64,000 nt of DNA from Calditrichales bacterium (GTDB lineage: Bacteria; Calditrichota; Calditrichia; Calditrichales; J004): positions 1,024,001-1,088,000 of the forward strand of contig OZ254086.1 of NCBI GenBank assembly GCA_965267575.1, given 5' to 3'. Under the pieces are notes generated by a model. It had not been told where the DNA came from. It saw nothing but the letters and a program-made list of their open reading frames with translations, and did not search any database. How positions within the stretch are numbered: position 1 is the stretch's first letter; each line of letters opens with the position of its first letter. Positions 30,133 through 41,485 of this stretch are shown piece by piece. The translations under genes were made by a program, and so were the position numbers.

Positions 30133-31431
30133 TTAACTCATAACATCCCGCGGATCCGTAATAACCCCGCGGATGGCTGAGGCGGCCACGGTCAACGGCG
30201 AAGCCAGGTAAACCGAGGATTTACGGCTGCCCATGCGTCCGGGGAAATTGCGGTTGGTGGTCGAGATCACGACATCATGATCCACCGAGCGTCCCACCGT
30301 GTCCGCCGGCCCGCCGAGACAGGCCGCGCAGGAAGATTGTGCGATCGTGCAGCCCGCCGAGCGGAAAATTTCCAGTAGGGAAATGCCTTTCCAGGTTTCC
30401 GCTTCCAGCTGCCGTGCCACTTCCGTACTGGCCGGAACTACAAATGTGGGTACTTTCACTTCTTCGTTTAACAACAACATCGCCGCCGCCTTGAAGTCGG
30501 TAAGCTTGCCCCCGGTGCAGGATCCGATGTAGCATTTGGTCAGCTTTGTGCCGGCCACGCTGCGCACGGTATCACGATTGTCCGGGCTGTGCGGCTTGGC
30601 CACCAGCGGCTCCATCGTGCTTACATCATAGCGATACCGGCTAAGGTAGTTGGCGCCCGGGTCGCTTTTAAAAACTTCATAAGGTCTGGAGGTGCGCGCG
30701 CGGATAAAAGCCTCGGTCACTTCGTCAGCAGCAATAATGCCGTTCATGCCGCCGGCTTCAATGGCCATGTTGGTCAGTGTCATGCGCTCGTTCATTTCCA
30801 GCGCGTATACCGCTTCACCGTCAAACTCCATGGCGCGGTATGTAGCGCCGTCGGTCGTGATATCACCCAGGATTTGCAGGATCATATCCTTGGCCATCAG
30901 GTAAGGCGGCAGCTCGCCGTCAAAGGTAAAGCGCAGCGACTCCGGCACTTTTTCCCAGATACGTCCCGTGCCCAGAATAAATGCCGCGTCGGTGTTGCCC
31001 ACGCCGGTGGCGAACATGCCAAAAGCGCCGGAGGTGCATGTGTGCGAATCGGTGCCAAACAAAACCGTGCCGGGCAGATTGTAGCCCTCTTCCGCCAGCG
31101 CAATATGACACACGCCCTTGTAGCGCTCGGTGCCCACATCATAGTAATTGGGCAAATCGTACTCCTGCGCGAAGGAGCGCAAAAAGGAAACATTGCGGTT
31201 GGCGTTGGCATTGGCCGTAAAGATGTAGTGATCCGGAAAGATGACCAGTTTTTCTTTGTCCCAAATCCGCGCCTGCTCGCCGAATTCCTTTTTCCAGATC
31301 TGCACAGTGGGCGGACCGCAAACATCATGGGTCATCAGCACGTCCACGTCCAGCCAGACAGTCTGGCCCGGCTTCACCTCCTTTTTGCCGGCCCCTTTGG
31401 CCAGTATCTTTTCCGTAATTGTCATCGCCAT
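30133..31431 (-). CDS. leuC: 3-isopropylmalate dehydratase large subunit
   Basis: HDVCGP, PDH, GVCH, TDSHT, IGSCTGG, SCAACLG, TTNRNFPGRMG. Confidence 0.93.
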   Translation of the reverse strand: MAMTITEKILAKGAGKKEVKPGQTVWLDVDVLMTHDVCGPPTVQIWKKEFGEQARIWDKEKLVIFPDHYIFTANANANRNVSFLRSFAQEYDLPNYYDVGTERYKGVCHIALAEEGYNLPGTVLFGTDSHTCTSGAFGMFATGVGNTDAAFILGTGRIWEKVPESLRFTFDGELPPYLMAKDMILQILGDITTDGATYRAMEFDGEAVYALEMNERMTLTNMAIEAGGMNGIIAADEVTEAFIRARTSRPYEVFKSDPGANYLSRYRYDVSTMEPLVAKPHSPDNRDTVRSVAGTKLTKCYIGSCTGGKLTDFKAAAMLLLNEEVKVPTFVVPASTEVARQLEAETWKGISLLEIFRSAGCTIAQSSCAACLGGPADTVGRSVDHDVVISTTNRNFPGRMGSRKSSVYLASPLTVAASAIRGVITDPRDVMS

Positions 31432-31433
31432 CT

Positions 31434-33011
31434 TCAGGCGCTCCTTTCCGTTTCCAAAACCTGTTGTTGATTCTCTTTTTCCGATTCGCTCAGCGCCTGG
31501 TTGAACACGTGGATCAACGCTTTGGCACTGGCCTCAACGATGTCTGTTGAAATGCCGCGACCATTGTAATAGTGTATGCCCGTATTGACGCGCACCTGCA
31601 CTTCACCCAGCGCTTCCCGTCCGGCAGTAATGGATCGCACGTGGTAGGATTCGATCGCAAAGTTGCTTTCCAGCGCCCGTTCAATGGCGTTGAAAACCGC
31701 GTCCACCGGCCCGTCGCCCGTGCACGATTCGCGAAACACCTCTTCCCCGGCGCGGATGAGCACGGTGGCTGTGGGGATAACCGCGTTGCCCGTACTGACC
31801 TGTAGTTTTTCCAGCGTGTAATATTGCTTCAGGTCGCGGGCCTCGTCGCCCATCAGCACGCGCAGGTCGTCGTCAAAAACCTCTTTTTTCTTATCCGCCA
31901 GCTCGGTGAAGCGCTGGTAGACGTTGTCCAGCTCTTTTTCATCCGGCGTATAACCAAGGCTGGCCAGGCGCGATTTCAACCCGTGGCGCCCGGAGTGCCG
32001 TCCCAGCACAATGCGCGTCTTGGGTACGCCGACCATCTCCGGCCGCATGATCTCATAAGTGTCGCGGCTTTTTAGCATGCCGTCCTGGTGAATGCCCGCT
32101 TCATGCGCAAAGGCGTTGGCGCCCACGATTGCCTTGTTGGGCTGAACCACCATTCCGGTGTAAGCGGAAACCATGCGGCTTGTGTTGTGAATCTGTGTTG
32201 TGTCGATGCCCGTGAGACAGCCCATTTTATCTTGACGAACCGCCAGGGCCATCACAATCTCCTCCAGCGCGGCGTTTCCGGCACGCTCACCGATACCGTT
32301 GACCGTGCATTCGATCTGGCGCGCGCCGGCTACAATGGCGCTGAGCGAATTGGCCACCGCCAGACCCAGATCATTATGGCAATGCACGCTTAAAACAGTA
32401 TTGGCGATACCGGGCACATTTTTTCGCAGCCGGCTGATGATGTCGTGGAACTCGCCGGGCAGCACGTAACCGGTCGTATCGGGTATGTTGATCGTCGTGG
32501 CGCCAGCCTCCACCGCCGCAGCCACCACCTCGCAGAGATAACCGATGTCGGTGCGCCCGGCATCCTCGGCGGAAAATTCCACGTCATCGCAGAGGCTGCG
32601 CGCGTATTGCACGGCGTCATACGACATTTTCAGCACATAGGCGCGCTTATCCTTCAGCGTGGCGCCGTAACGATCTGCCGAAAACTTACCGCGGATCTGA
32701 AAATCCGATGTGGACGAAAAAGTATGAATGCGTTTTTTTGGCGCTTCCTTGAGTGCATCAAAGGCAATTTTGATATCCTTTTTATTGGCCCGTGCCAGCG
32801 CGGCGATCGTTGTGTTGACACCGGCCGCGATGCGCTGCACCGCCTCATACTGCCGCGGTGATGAAACGGGGAAGCCGGCCTCAATCACATCCACCCCAAG
32901 GCGTTGCAGTTGGTGGGCGATCTCCACTTTTTCGCTAACACTCAGCGAGGCACCGGGGGATTGCTCGCCGTCGCGCAAAGTGGTGTCAAAAATGATGATT
33001 CGTGTATCCAT
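31434..33011 (-). CDS. leuA: 2-isopropylmalate synthase
   Basis: FDTTLRDGEQSPG, EAGFP, HCHNDLG, GERAGNA, FAHEAGIHQDG, GDGPVDA. Confidence 0.95.
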   Translation of the reverse strand: MDTRIIIFDTTLRDGEQSPGASLSVSEKVEIAHQLQRLGVDVIEAGFPVSSPRQYEAVQRIAAGVNTTIAALARANKKDIKIAFDALKEAPKKRIHTFSSTSDFQIRGKFSADRYGATLKDKRAYVLKMSYDAVQYARSLCDDVEFSAEDAGRTDIGYLCEVVAAAVEAGATTINIPDTTGYVLPGEFHDIISRLRKNVPGIANTVLSVHCHNDLGLAVANSLSAIVAGARQIECTVNGIGERAGNAALEEIVMALAVRQDKMGCLTGIDTTQIHNTSRMVSAYTGMVVQPNKAIVGANAFAHEAGIHQDGMLKSRDTYEIMRPEMVGVPKTRIVLGRHSGRHGLKSRLASLGYTPDEKELDNVYQRFTELADKKKEVFDDDLRVLMGDEARDLKQYYTLEKLQVSTGNAVIPTATVLIRAGEEVFRESCTGDGPVDAVFNAIERALESNFAIESYHVRSITAGREALGEVQVRVNTGIHYYNGRGISTDIVEASAKALIHVFNQALSESEKENQQQVLETERSA

Positions 33012-33025
33012 GAAAGCTCCTGGTT

Positions 33026-34123
33026 TTACAGAGTAAATACGCCGACTGCGTCTTCGTTGTAGATTTCTTCGCAGTAAAACAGGATGAGCGACGTCATCTC
33101 ATCGCAGCCGACCAAACGGCTGTCCGGCCCGGCAATATCAACGGTGCGGTAGCCTTTGGCCAGTACGGCTTCGATGGCGTCACGGATGATCTGCGCGGCG
33201 CGCGTCATCTGCAGCTGCTGCTCCAGCATCATTGCCACGGAAGCGATGGCCGCCACAGGGTTGGCCTTATCCTGTCCGGCGATGTCCGGGGCGCTGCCGT
33301 GTACCGGCTCATAAAGAGCGTTGTCTCCGCCCAGGCTGGCCGAGGGCAACATGCCGAGGCTGCCGGTGATCATTCCGGAAATATCGCTTAGGATATCCCC
33401 GAAAAGGTTGGATGTAAGCAGTACGTCAAACTGCCGTGGCTCGCGCACGATCTGCATGGCGGCGTTGTCCACGTACATGTGGCGCAATTCCACATCGGGA
33501 TAGTCCTCGTGAACGTCGTTTACCACATCACGCCAGAACTGCGAACATTCCAGCACGTTGGCTTTGTCCACGGAGGTCACCTGGCCGCGTCGCTGACGGG
33601 CCAGCCGGAATGCCGTCCGGGCAATACGCTCCACATCCGGCCGGCTGTAGCGCATCGTGTTCCAGCCTTCCGACGGGTTGTGGCCGCGCGGCTCGCCAAA
33701 ATAGATGCCGCCGGTCAGTTCACGTACCACCACAAAATCCGTGTCGCGCAATACCTCTTCCTTCAGCGAGGAGGCATTCAGAAAAGAAGAATAAACGGTT
33801 GCCGGGCGCAGATTGGCGTACAGGCCAAGCTCTTTGCGCAGACCCAGCAACGCCGCCTCCGGTTTTAAATTTTGCGGCAACTCTTCCCATTGCGGACCGC
33901 CCACCGCGCCCAGGAAAACAGCGTCGGCATCGCGGCAGGCCTGCAGTGTCTCTTCCGTGAGCGGCTTGCCATATTTCTCGTAAGACGCGCCGCCAATCAG
34001 CTTTTGCTCAAATTCCAGCGAGAGAAAATTACGCTCCGCGGCATGTTCCAAAACCTTCACGGCCGCGGCCGTCACCTCCGGCCCGATGCCGTCACCGGGC
34101 AACAATGTCACCTTGAAATTCAC
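33026..34123 (-). CDS. leuB: 3-isopropylmalate dehydrogenase
   Basis: [47 protein letters not shown]. Confidence 0.96.
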   Translation of the reverse strand: MNFKVTLLPGDGIGPEVTAAAVKVLEHAAERNFLSLEFEQKLIGGASYEKYGKPLTEETLQACRDADAVFLGAVGGPQWEELPQNLKPEAALLGLRKELGLYANLRPATVYSSFLNASSLKEEVLRDTDFVVVRELTGGIYFGEPRGHNPSEGWNTMRYSRPDVERIARTAFRLARQRRGQVTSVDKANVLECSQFWRDVVNDVHEDYPDVELRHMYVDNAAMQIVREPRQFDVLLTSNLFGDILSDISGMITGSLGMLPSASLGGDNALYEPVHGSAPDIAGQDKANPVAAIASVAMMLEQQLQMTRAAQIIRDAIEAVLAKGYRTVDIAGPDSRLVGCDEMTSLILFYCEEIYNEDAVGVFTL

Positions 34124-35136
34124 GCCTGCACCTCCTGTTTTTTGCGTTTGCCCGTTAACCAGGACATCATGTCGCGCAGTTTGGAGCCCACGCTTTCGAT
34201 GCCGTGCTCGGTGTTGTCTTTGCGCAGCTCTTTCAGCAAGGGCTGACCTTTTTCATTTTCCGCGATCCACTCTTTGGCAAAGCGTCCGTCCTGCACTTCA
34301 TCAAGGATGCGGCGCATCTCTTTCTTTGTCTCCGACGTGATCAGCCGGCTGCCGCGCGTCATGCCGCCATATTCCGCGGTGTCGCTCACCGAGTAATTCA
34401 TGCGCGAAAGACCGCCTTCGTAGTAGAGATCGACGATCAGCTTCATCTCGTGCATACATTCAAAGTAGGCAAGCTCCGGCGGATAGCCTGCTTCCACCAA
34501 TGTTTCATACCCGGCCTTGATCAATGCCGCTGAACCGCCGCACAAGACAGCCTGTTCGCCAAACAGGTCGGTTTCGGTTTCGTCCTTAAAGTTGGTTTCG
34601 ATAACGCCGGCGCGGGTACCGCCGATACCCTGGGCCCAGGCCAGCGCCAGGTTGCGGGCGTTGCCGGAAGGGTCCTGGTGCAGCGCGATCAGGCAGGGCA
34701 CGCCGCTGCCTTCGGTAAATGTGCGTCGTACCAGATGCCCCGGCCCCTTTGGCGCGATCATGATCACGTTAACCTCAGCCGGCGGATGGATCTGACCATA
34801 ATGAATGTTAAAGCCATGGGCGAAAGCAAGCGTATCGCCGGCCTGCAGGTAGGGCGCCACTTCATTTTCATAGACAGATTTCTGATGCTGGTCGGGCAAA
34901 AGCATCATCACGACCTGCGCTTTTTTTGCAGCTTCAGCCACCGGCAGCACCTCCAGTCCGGCCGCTTCGGCTTTCTCCCACGATTTGCTTGTTTTGCGCA
35001 AACCGACGCACACATCAAAACCGCTGTCTTTCAAATTCAAAGCATGGGCATGACCTTGGCTGCCAAATCCCAGCACGGCGATTTTCTGCCCGCGTAAATA
35101 CTCTGCCGATGCGTCTCCGTCATAATAAACCTTCAT
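34120..35136 (-). CDS. ilvC: Ketol-acid reductoisomerase
   Basis: [46 protein letters not shown]. Confidence 0.97.
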   Translation of the reverse strand: MKVYYDGDASAEYLRGQKIAVLGFGSQGHAHALNLKDSGFDVCVGLRKTSKSWEKAEAAGLEVLPVAEAAKKAQVVMMLLPDQHQKSVYENEVAPYLQAGDTLAFAHGFNIHYGQIHPPAEVNVIMIAPKGPGHLVRRTFTEGSGVPCLIALHQDPSGNARNLALAWAQGIGGTRAGVIETNFKDETETDLFGEQAVLCGGSAALIKAGYETLVEAGYPPELAYFECMHEMKLIVDLYYEGGLSRMNYSVSDTAEYGGMTRGSRLITSETKKEMRRILDEVQDGRFAKEWIAENEKGQPLLKELRKDNTEHGIESVGSKLRDMMSWLTGKRKKQEVQA

Positions 35137-35247
35137 CTGATATTCCTTTTATTTGATTGTTTTTTGATTGCTTCATTTGTCTGTTTTGTCCGGTTTTCTC
35201 TGCCGCAACGAGAACTCCCTCCACCGAACCGCAAACACCAGCTTGGC

Positions 35248-35277
35248 CTGGATTCCCCATCGGAGTCGGGAATGACA
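35248..35277. repeat. Single REP-like arm
   Basis: CTGGATTCCC...CGGGAATGACA. Confidence 0.6.
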
Positions 35278-35306
35278 TTTAAGTTCGTTGGAGGGGTTGT
35301 CTTTCT

Positions 35307-35816
35307 TCATGCCGCATTCTCCTCGGTCCATTCCGCCATCTGCTTGCCGCGGCGTAGCGCTACGGTTCCGCTGCGTGCCATTTCACGGATGCCAAACGGC
35401 CTCAGCACGTTCACGATGGCATTGATCTTGGCCGGCGGACCGGTTACTTCCAGCGTCAGCGTGTTGGTGTTGATGTCCACTACTTTGCCACGGAAGATGT
35501 CATTTATATTTTTGATCTCTTCCAGGGCTCCTTTTGAAAAGGCCACTGTGATCAGCGCCAGTTCGCGCTCCACGCAGTCATGCGGGGTAAGGTCAACCAC
35601 TTTGACCGTATCCACGAGGCGGTTGAGCTGCTTTACCACCTGATCGATGATCTTATCGTTGCCGGAGGTAACGATGGTCATGCGCGAGAGATCGCGTATC
35701 TCGGTTTTGCCGATGGTGATGCTGTGCAGGTTAAAGCCCTTGCCGCTGAACATGGTCGCCACGCGATCAAAAGCGCCGAATTTGTTTTCCACCAGAAGTG
35801 ATATCGTGTGTTTCAT
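35307..35816 (-). CDS. ilvN: Acetolactate synthase small (regulatory) subunit
   Basis: ACT domain HTISLLVENKFG, SRMTIV, ERELAL, EMARSG. Confidence 0.93.
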   Translation of the reverse strand: MKHTISLLVENKFGAFDRVATMFSGKGFNLHSITIGKTEIRDLSRMTIVTSGNDKIIDQVVKQLNRLVDTVKVVDLTPHDCVERELALITVAFSKGALEEIKNINDIFRGKVVDINTNTLTLEVTGPPAKINAIVNVLRPFGIREMARSGTVALRRGKQMAEWTEENAA

Positions 35817-35820
35817 AGGC

Positions 35821-37545
35821 TCAAGTCATCCTTTGCGGGTTAAGTCTGTTAACGATCATATCCGAGATGGACGCGCCGGAAGGCACCATGGGGAAAACCA
35901 TGTCCTCCTTCACCACGCGGAATTCCAGCAAGGTCGGTCTGTCGGCGTAGCCAAAGGCCTTTTCCAGCAGACTGTCCACCTCTTCCGGCGAGTCGGTGCG
36001 GAAGGAAGGCAGGCCGAACGCTTCGCCCACTTTCACAAAATCAGGATTGCTGTCGGAGAGATCGGTAAAGCTGTACTTCTCTTCGTAGAACAGTTCCTGC
36101 CATTGGCGCACCATGCCCAGAAAGCTGTTGTTGATAATAATAAAGGTGATGGGCAGCTTGTGGTAAGCGGCTGTTACCAGTTCCTGGATATTCATCTGGA
36201 AACCGCCATCGCCGTTTACGGAAATAACGCGCTTGCCGGGCATGGCAAAAGCAGCACCGATGGCCGCCGGAACGGAAAAGCCCATGGTGCCCAGGCCGCC
36301 GCTGGTAACATTTGTGCGCGGGTGGTTGAACTTGTAATACTGCGCCGTCCACATCTGATGCTGGCCTACGTCGGTAACAACCACCGCGTTGCCGCCGGTC
36401 TTTTCAGAGATGCGCTCCAGCACCAGTTCCGTGCGCAGCTTGCCGTCGTATCTTTCATAGTCCAACGGACAATCCTCACGCCAGCCGTTTATCTGTTCAT
36501 GCCAGGCCGAGGTGTCCGGCAGTTGATGTGTGCGCAGCTCAGCCAGCAGCTCGCTCATCACCTGGCGCACATCGCCCACAACCGGCAGATCCACCACCAC
36601 ATTTTTATCAATAGCCGAAGGGTCAATATCCACGTGGATTTTGTAGGCATCCGGCGCGAATGTTTCGATCTTGCCGGTCACACGGTCGTCGAAGCGGGCG
36701 CCCAATGCCACCAGCACATCGCATTGATTGACGGCCTGGTTGGCCCAATAGGTGCCATGCATACCCAGCATACCCAGCGATTGCGGATCCGTGCCGGGAA
36801 AAGCGCCAAGGCCCTGCAATGTCATCGTTACAGGAAAATTGCCGTGCCGCGCCAGGGCCCGCAGTTCTTCCGCGCCGCCGGACATGATGACGCCACCGCC
36901 CACATAAAACAGGGGCCGCTGCGCGTTGGCCAGAACCTCGGCCGCCTTTTTGATCTGCACACGGTGACCATTGTAGGTCGGACGGTAGCCGCGGATATCC
37001 ACAAGGTTGGGGTATTCGAATGGGCAGCTGTCCATGGTCACGTCCTTAGGCAGGTCCACAACCACGGGTCCGGGCCGTCCGCTGGCCGCGATGTAAAAAG
37101 CTTCGCGGATCGTTCGTGCCAGATCGCGCACATCACGCACGAGGTAATTGTGCTTGGTGATCGGACGGGTAATGCCGACAATATCCGCTTCCTGGAAGGC
37201 ATCGTTGCCGATCAGGTGCGTGGGTACCTGGCCGGTAAATACAACCACCGGCACGGAATCCATATAGGCGTCAGCAATACCGGTCACCGTGTTGGTGGCG
37301 CCGGGCCCGGAAGTAACCAGGACCACGCCCACTTTGCCGGTTACCTTGGCGTAGCCCTCGGCCATGTGTACCGCGCCCTGCTCGTGGCGGCACAACACAT
37401 GCTGCAGAAAATCCACGTCGTACAACTTTTCATAAATCTTGAGATTGGCCCCTCCGGGGTAGCCAAAGATATGCTCCACGCCTTCGCGTTTGAGGCATTC
37501 AAAAAATATTTCCGCTCCTGTATAGGTCCGGTTTTTATCACTCAT
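35821..37545 (-). CDS. ilvB: Acetolactate synthase large subunit
   Basis: [48 protein letters not shown]. Confidence 0.96.
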   Translation of the reverse strand: MSDKNRTYTGAEIFFECLKREGVEHIFGYPGGANLKIYEKLYDVDFLQHVLCRHEQGAVHMAEGYAKVTGKVGVVLVTSGPGATNTVTGIADAYMDSVPVVVFTGQVPTHLIGNDAFQEADIVGITRPITKHNYLVRDVRDLARTIREAFYIAASGRPGPVVVDLPKDVTMDSCPFEYPNLVDIRGYRPTYNGHRVQIKKAAEVLANAQRPLFYVGGGVIMSGGAEELRALARHGNFPVTMTLQGLGAFPGTDPQSLGMLGMHGTYWANQAVNQCDVLVALGARFDDRVTGKIETFAPDAYKIHVDIDPSAIDKNVVVDLPVVGDVRQVMSELLAELRTHQLPDTSAWHEQINGWREDCPLDYERYDGKLRTELVLERISEKTGGNAVVVTDVGQHQMWTAQYYKFNHPRTNVTSGGLGTMGFSVPAAIGAAFAMPGKRVISVNGDGGFQMNIQELVTAAYHKLPITFIIINNSFLGMVRQWQELFYEEKYSFTDLSDSNPDFVKVGEAFGLPSFRTDSPEEVDSLLEKAFGYADRPTLLEFRVVKEDMVFPMVPSGASISDMIVNRLNPQRMT

Positions 37546-39254
37546 GGCAGCTCCTTTTGCAGTTGTTCGATTGCAGGGTTGCGCAGCACGGCGCCCGTGC
37601 TGGCCGAGGTTACCAGGTGCGTGTAGCGCGCCAGGTAGCCGCGTTTTATTTTGGGTTGAAAGGGTTGCAGCTTTTGCAGGCGAAAAGCGATTTCCTCATC
37701 GCTGAGACGCACATTGAGGCTGCAATTGGGAATGTCGATATCGATAATGTCGCCCTCTTCCAGTGCGGCAATCGGGCCACGGGCGGCTGCCTCGGGGGAC
37801 ACGTGGCCGATGCAGGCGCCGCGCGTGCCGCCGGAAAAACGGCCGTCGGTAATCAGGGCAACTTTGCTGCCCAGGCCGCGACCCATAATGGCCGATGTGG
37901 GGGCCAGCATTTCGGGCATGCCCGGTCCGCCGCGCGGTCCTTCATAGCGGATCACCACCACATCGCCAGGCCGTATCTCATCGCCAGCGATGGCGGCTAA
38001 AGCCTCATCCTGGGAGTCAAAAAGACGTACCGGGCCGCTGTGTACCATCATCTCCGGATCCACGGCTCCGGTTTTTACCACCGAGCCTTGCGGCGCCAGG
38101 TTGCCAAACAAAACGGCCAGGCCACCGCGCCCGGAATAGGGTGCGCTCACGGGACGGATCACATCGGCGTTTTTTATGGCAGCGCCGGCGATATTTTCAC
38201 CGAGCGTTTTGCCTGTTACCGTCAAAGCAGATGTATCCAGTACGCCGTCCAGCTTGCTCAATTCATTAAGGATTGCTGAAATGCCGCCGGCGGCATCCAC
38301 GTCTTCCATATGCACAAAGGGCGTGGCGGGACTGACTTTGCAGATATAGGGTACCTGTTCGGCCACTTCGTTCAACATGGCCAGGTCAATTTCGATGCCG
38401 GCTTCGCGGGCAATCGCCAGCGTGTGCAAAATGGTGTTGGTGCTGCCGCCCATAGCCATATCCAGGGCGAAGGCGTTTTTAAAAACAGCCGGCGAAAGTA
38501 TGTCCGATGGTTTGATATCTTTTTCGACGAGGTAAAGCAGTTGCCTCGACGCCTGGCGGGCAAGCTCTTCACGTTTGGGATCTACCGCCAAAACCGAACC
38601 GTTGCCGGGAAGGGCGAGACCCAGAGCCTCCATCAGGCAGTTCATCGAGTTGGCCGTAAACATCCCGGAGCAGGAGCCGCAGGTTGGGCAGCCGTTATCT
38701 TCGAGAAGCTTCAACTCCTCATCACCGATTTCCCCGCGCTGGTGTTTGCTGACGCCTTCAAACACGGAGATAAGGTCGACCTTGTTGCCGTCGGGCAGAC
38801 GCCCGGCCTTCATCGGCCCGCCGGAGACAAAGATGACGGGCACATCGAGACGCACCGCGGCCATCAGCATGCCGGGCACAATTTTATCGCAGTTGGTCAG
38901 GCAAATGATGCCATCGAGCCGGTGCGCTTCCACCACGGTTTCCACGCTGTCGGCGATCAGCTCTCGGCTGGCCAGTGAATAGCGCATGCCGATGTGGCCC
39001 ATGGCAATGCCGTCATCCACGCCGATGGTATTAAATTCAAAGGGAATGCCCCCGGCTTCGCGGATGGCTTCTTTCACAATCCTGCCAAAACCCTGCAGGT
39101 GCACGTGGCCGGGAATCAGATCGATGTAGGAATTGCAGACGCCAACAAAGGGGCGCTGAAAATCGTCATCACTGCGGATTACACCGGTGGCCTTTAACAG
39201 GCTGCGGTGCGGGGAGCGTTCAAAGCCCTTTTTAATAAGATCGGATCGCAACAT
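37542..39254 (-). CDS. ilvD: Dihydroxy-acid dehydratase
   Basis: [45 protein letters not shown]. Confidence 0.97.
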   Translation of the reverse strand: MLRSDLIKKGFERSPHRSLLKATGVIRSDDDFQRPFVGVCNSYIDLIPGHVHLQGFGRIVKEAIREAGGIPFEFNTIGVDDGIAMGHIGMRYSLASRELIADSVETVVEAHRLDGIICLTNCDKIVPGMLMAAVRLDVPVIFVSGGPMKAGRLPDGNKVDLISVFEGVSKHQRGEIGDEELKLLEDNGCPTCGSCSGMFTANSMNCLMEALGLALPGNGSVLAVDPKREELARQASRQLLYLVEKDIKPSDILSPAVFKNAFALDMAMGGSTNTILHTLAIAREAGIEIDLAMLNEVAEQVPYICKVSPATPFVHMEDVDAAGGISAILNELSKLDGVLDTSALTVTGKTLGENIAGAAIKNADVIRPVSAPYSGRGGLAVLFGNLAPQGSVVKTGAVDPEMMVHSGPVRLFDSQDEALAAIAGDEIRPGDVVVIRYEGPRGGPGMPEMLAPTSAIMGRGLGSKVALITDGRFSGGTRGACIGHVSPEAAARGPIAALEEGDIIDIDIPNCSLNVRLSDEEIAFRLQKLQPFQPKIKRGYLARYTHLVTSASTGAVLRNPAIEQLQKELP

Positions 39255-39290
39255 CCACCTCCAAAAAGGACCTTCAGATATAGCGCTTCC

Positions 39291-39411
39291 ATCGGGGTCA
39301 ACCCCGATTCCGTTCTATTTTGCTTGTGATGTAGTTATTAGAAAAGTATGTAGTTCGGGATTGACCAGTATTTTTAGCCCACAATAATTAGGCTAATAAT
39401 AATAATCCCGA
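39291..39411 (-). promoter_or_regulatory. Attenuator-like alternative hairpins in the ilvD leader
   Basis: Segments TCGGGATT, AATCCCGA, TCGGGGTT and ACCCCGAT can pair 1:2, 2:3 or 3:4. Confidence 0.6.
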
Positions 39412-39514
39412 CGAGAAGGAGAATATCTAAAGGAAGGTTAATCAGACGCACAGCAAGGCCGTTCACAGCGATAGCTGTGTTGGGAAGAATATTTATGTAG
39501 TTGGCCGTGTGCAT
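39374..39514 (-). CDS. ilv/leu operon leader peptide (46 aa)
   Basis: Manual translation gives MHTANYINILPNTAIAVNGLAVRLINLPLDILLLVGIIIISLIIVG*; 24 of 46 residues are I, L or V. Confidence 0.8.
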   Translation of the reverse strand: MHTANYINILPNTAIAVNGLAVRLINLPLDILLLVGIIIISLIIVG

Positions 39515-39549
39515 CGTTAAAAAGTTTGCTTGTTTATTTGTTGACGGAA

Positions 39550-39578
39550 ACGTTACCGCATTATTTTAACAATGTCAA
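39550..39578 (-). promoter_or_regulatory. Putative sigma70 promoter of the ilv/leu operon
   Basis: TTGACA-17 nt-TAACGT, about 35 nt upstream of the leader ATG. Confidence 0.6.
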
Positions 39579-39706
39579 ATATTTTTATCAAAAAACTTAA
39601 TAATTAAATATTTGAAGCAAAACGCTTTATGATAATGGAATAACCAAAGTAGTTTATCAACAAAACGGCTTTGTGTCAACGGCAGTTTTCAGACAGAAGA
39701 ATCGAT

Positions 39707-41170
39707 TTAGCGGGAGGTCTTTTTTCCGGTTAAAAGGCTGACGACTACAGTCAGAATAAAGCTTAAAATAAACGCCGGCACCAGCTCGTACATCTGGCTT
39801 TTCAGGGCGGGGATATTGTACCACAAAAGCGTAACGACCGTGCCGCTGATAACTCCGGCAAAGACCCCGGCGCGTGTAGTCTTTTTCCAGAATAAGGCGA
39901 GAATGGAGGTTGGCCCCAGCGCTGCGCCCAAACCGGCCCAGGCAAACAGCACCAGCCAAAGCACCAGTTCGCTGGCACCCAGAGCAAGAACAATTGAAAT
40001 CAATACAAGGATCAACACGGCAATGCGACTGTAGAGGACCAGCTTTTTTTCGGGCAAGGGCTTGTCTTTGCGAACGACCTTTTCGTAGATGTCGCGGATA
40101 ACGCTTGAGGCAGCCACAAGTAGCTGGGAATCGGCAGTGGACATGATGGCCGCGAAGACCGAGGCGATAACAACGCCAAAAATAGCGGGATGTAAATGGT
40201 CACGTGCCAAAAGAGGAAATAGTTGCTCGGGATCGGAACCGGGCAGCATGGATATATCACCGTAATAGCTGCGCCCGACCCAACCGATGGCCAGCGCACC
40301 GACTCCCATCAGCACATTCCAGGTTGTCCCGACGATACCGGCAAAGCGCAATTTTTCGGCGCTGTCTATGGACATATAGCGGGAAATAATATGCGGGTTA
40401 CCGGGTGATCCGAAACCAATGCCGAGATAACCGATGATGCCCCCCGCCGCAAAGGCAAAAGGATCCATAAAGGATGGGTCGTAAGTCTGCAAAACAACAC
40501 CGACTACGCTGAAACCACCGGCATCAAACAAAGCGATCAGCGGCAGGAACAGGAGGGCAAAAATCATAAATACAGCCTGTACCACGTCAGTGAGGCTTAC
40601 GGCGAGAAAACCACCCACAACAGTATACACAAGAATAATTGCAGCAGTGATCAGAACGCCGTTATCTTGCTGCACACCGAAGCTGCCGGCAAAGGCCTTT
40701 CCACCGCCTACAAGCTGCGCGCCCACATAACTCACCATAAAAATCAGGATGACGATGGCCAGCGTTACGCGCAAAGCTCCGGAGCGGTCTGTGAAACGTT
40801 CAGCAAAAAAATCCGGCACGGTTATGCAGTCATGCTCTTCGCTGAAACGGCGCAATCGGGGAGCATAATAAAAAAAGAGCCATAGCTCGACTACCGTATA
40901 GCCGAGTACGGCCCATAATGCGGGCGCACCGATTTTCCAGGCCAGGCCGGTAACACCCAGCAAAAGCCAGCTGCTACGGCCGGAAACAACGGCGGAAAGG
41001 GCAACCACAAAACGGTTCATTTTGCGGCCGCCGATAAAAAAGTGGCCGATGCCCTGAGATGAAAAGCGCGCGGCATACACGCCCAAGCCGCTTATCAGCA
41101 GCAGATAGCCGACAAATGCCGCGATCGCCCATCTGTTAAATTCAAGTTCTGTAAGTGCGCCCGTCTCCAT
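39707..41170 (-). CDS. putP: Sodium:solute symporter, PutP (Na+/proline)-like
   Basis: FFIGGR, SSWLLLG, YTVVGGFLAVSLTD, GNPHIISRYM, AAIMSTADSQLL. The substrate is not certain. Confidence 0.8.
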   Translation of the reverse strand: METGALTELEFNRWAIAAFVGYLLLISGLGVYAARFSSQGIGHFFIGGRKMNRFVVALSAVVSGRSSWLLLGVTGLAWKIGAPALWAVLGYTVVELWLFFYYAPRLRRFSEEHDCITVPDFFAERFTDRSGALRVTLAIVILIFMVSYVGAQLVGGGKAFAGSFGVQQDNGVLITAAIILVYTVVGGFLAVSLTDVVQAVFMIFALLFLPLIALFDAGGFSVVGVVLQTYDPSFMDPFAFAAGGIIGYLGIGFGSPGNPHIISRYMSIDSAEKLRFAGIVGTTWNVLMGVGALAIGWVGRSYYGDISMLPGSDPEQLFPLLARDHLHPAIFGVVIASVFAAIMSTADSQLLVAASSVIRDIYEKVVRKDKPLPEKKLVLYSRIAVLILVLISIVLALGASELVLWLVLFAWAGLGAALGPTSILALFWKKTTRAGVFAGVISGTVVTLLWYNIPALKSQMYELVPAFILSFILTVVVSLLTGKKTSR

Positions 41171-41184
41171 ACGTCAGAATTAAA

Positions 41185-41469
41185 TCAGAACTTTTTGGAG
41201 GCCTTGTCCAGCGCTTTCTTCATCTGTACCCAGCTCTTGTCCAGCCCCTTACTGATCTCCTTCCAGGCCGCGTCGCTGGATTTGCGCAATTCATCGAGCC
41301 TCTTGCCCAGTGTATCGCGCTGCTTGCGCAAGTCCTTGATCTGGGTTTGTAACTCCTTGCCCCAGCTCTCGCGCGATTTGGAAGCTTTATCGCGCAGGAC
41401 ATCAAGCTCTTTGTCCCACTCTTTGAGCTGCTCGGAAAGCTTGTTTAAATATGTACTTTTGTCTGCCAT
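41185..41469 (-). CDS. Small charged coiled-coil hypothetical protein
   Basis: MADKSTYLNKLSEQLKEWDKELD...AWKEISKGLDKSW; AGGAG RBS. Confidence 0.75.
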   Translation of the reverse strand: MADKSTYLNKLSEQLKEWDKELDVLRDKASKSRESWGKELQTQIKDLRKQRDTLGKRLDELRKSSDAAWKEISKGLDKSWVQMKKALDKASKKF

Positions 41470-41485
41470 ATCTCTTCTCCTTTGG

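Noticed and set aside
35150-35190. Possible TTGATTG repeat between ilvN and ilvC
   Set aside because: Only two clear copies occur, in T-rich sequence, which is too weak to call.
35647-37626. 659-aa plus-strand ORF
   Set aside because: It is the antisense shadow of ilvB/ilvN and has no recognisable motifs. The same applies to other long antisense ORFs such as 11469-12638, 7176-8198, 57576-58487 and 60285-61202.
39291-39308. Hairpin ATCGGGG-TCAA-CCCCGAT as a standard intrinsic terminator
   Set aside because: There is no adjacent U-tract in the transcribed direction. It is kept only as part of the attenuator-like switch.
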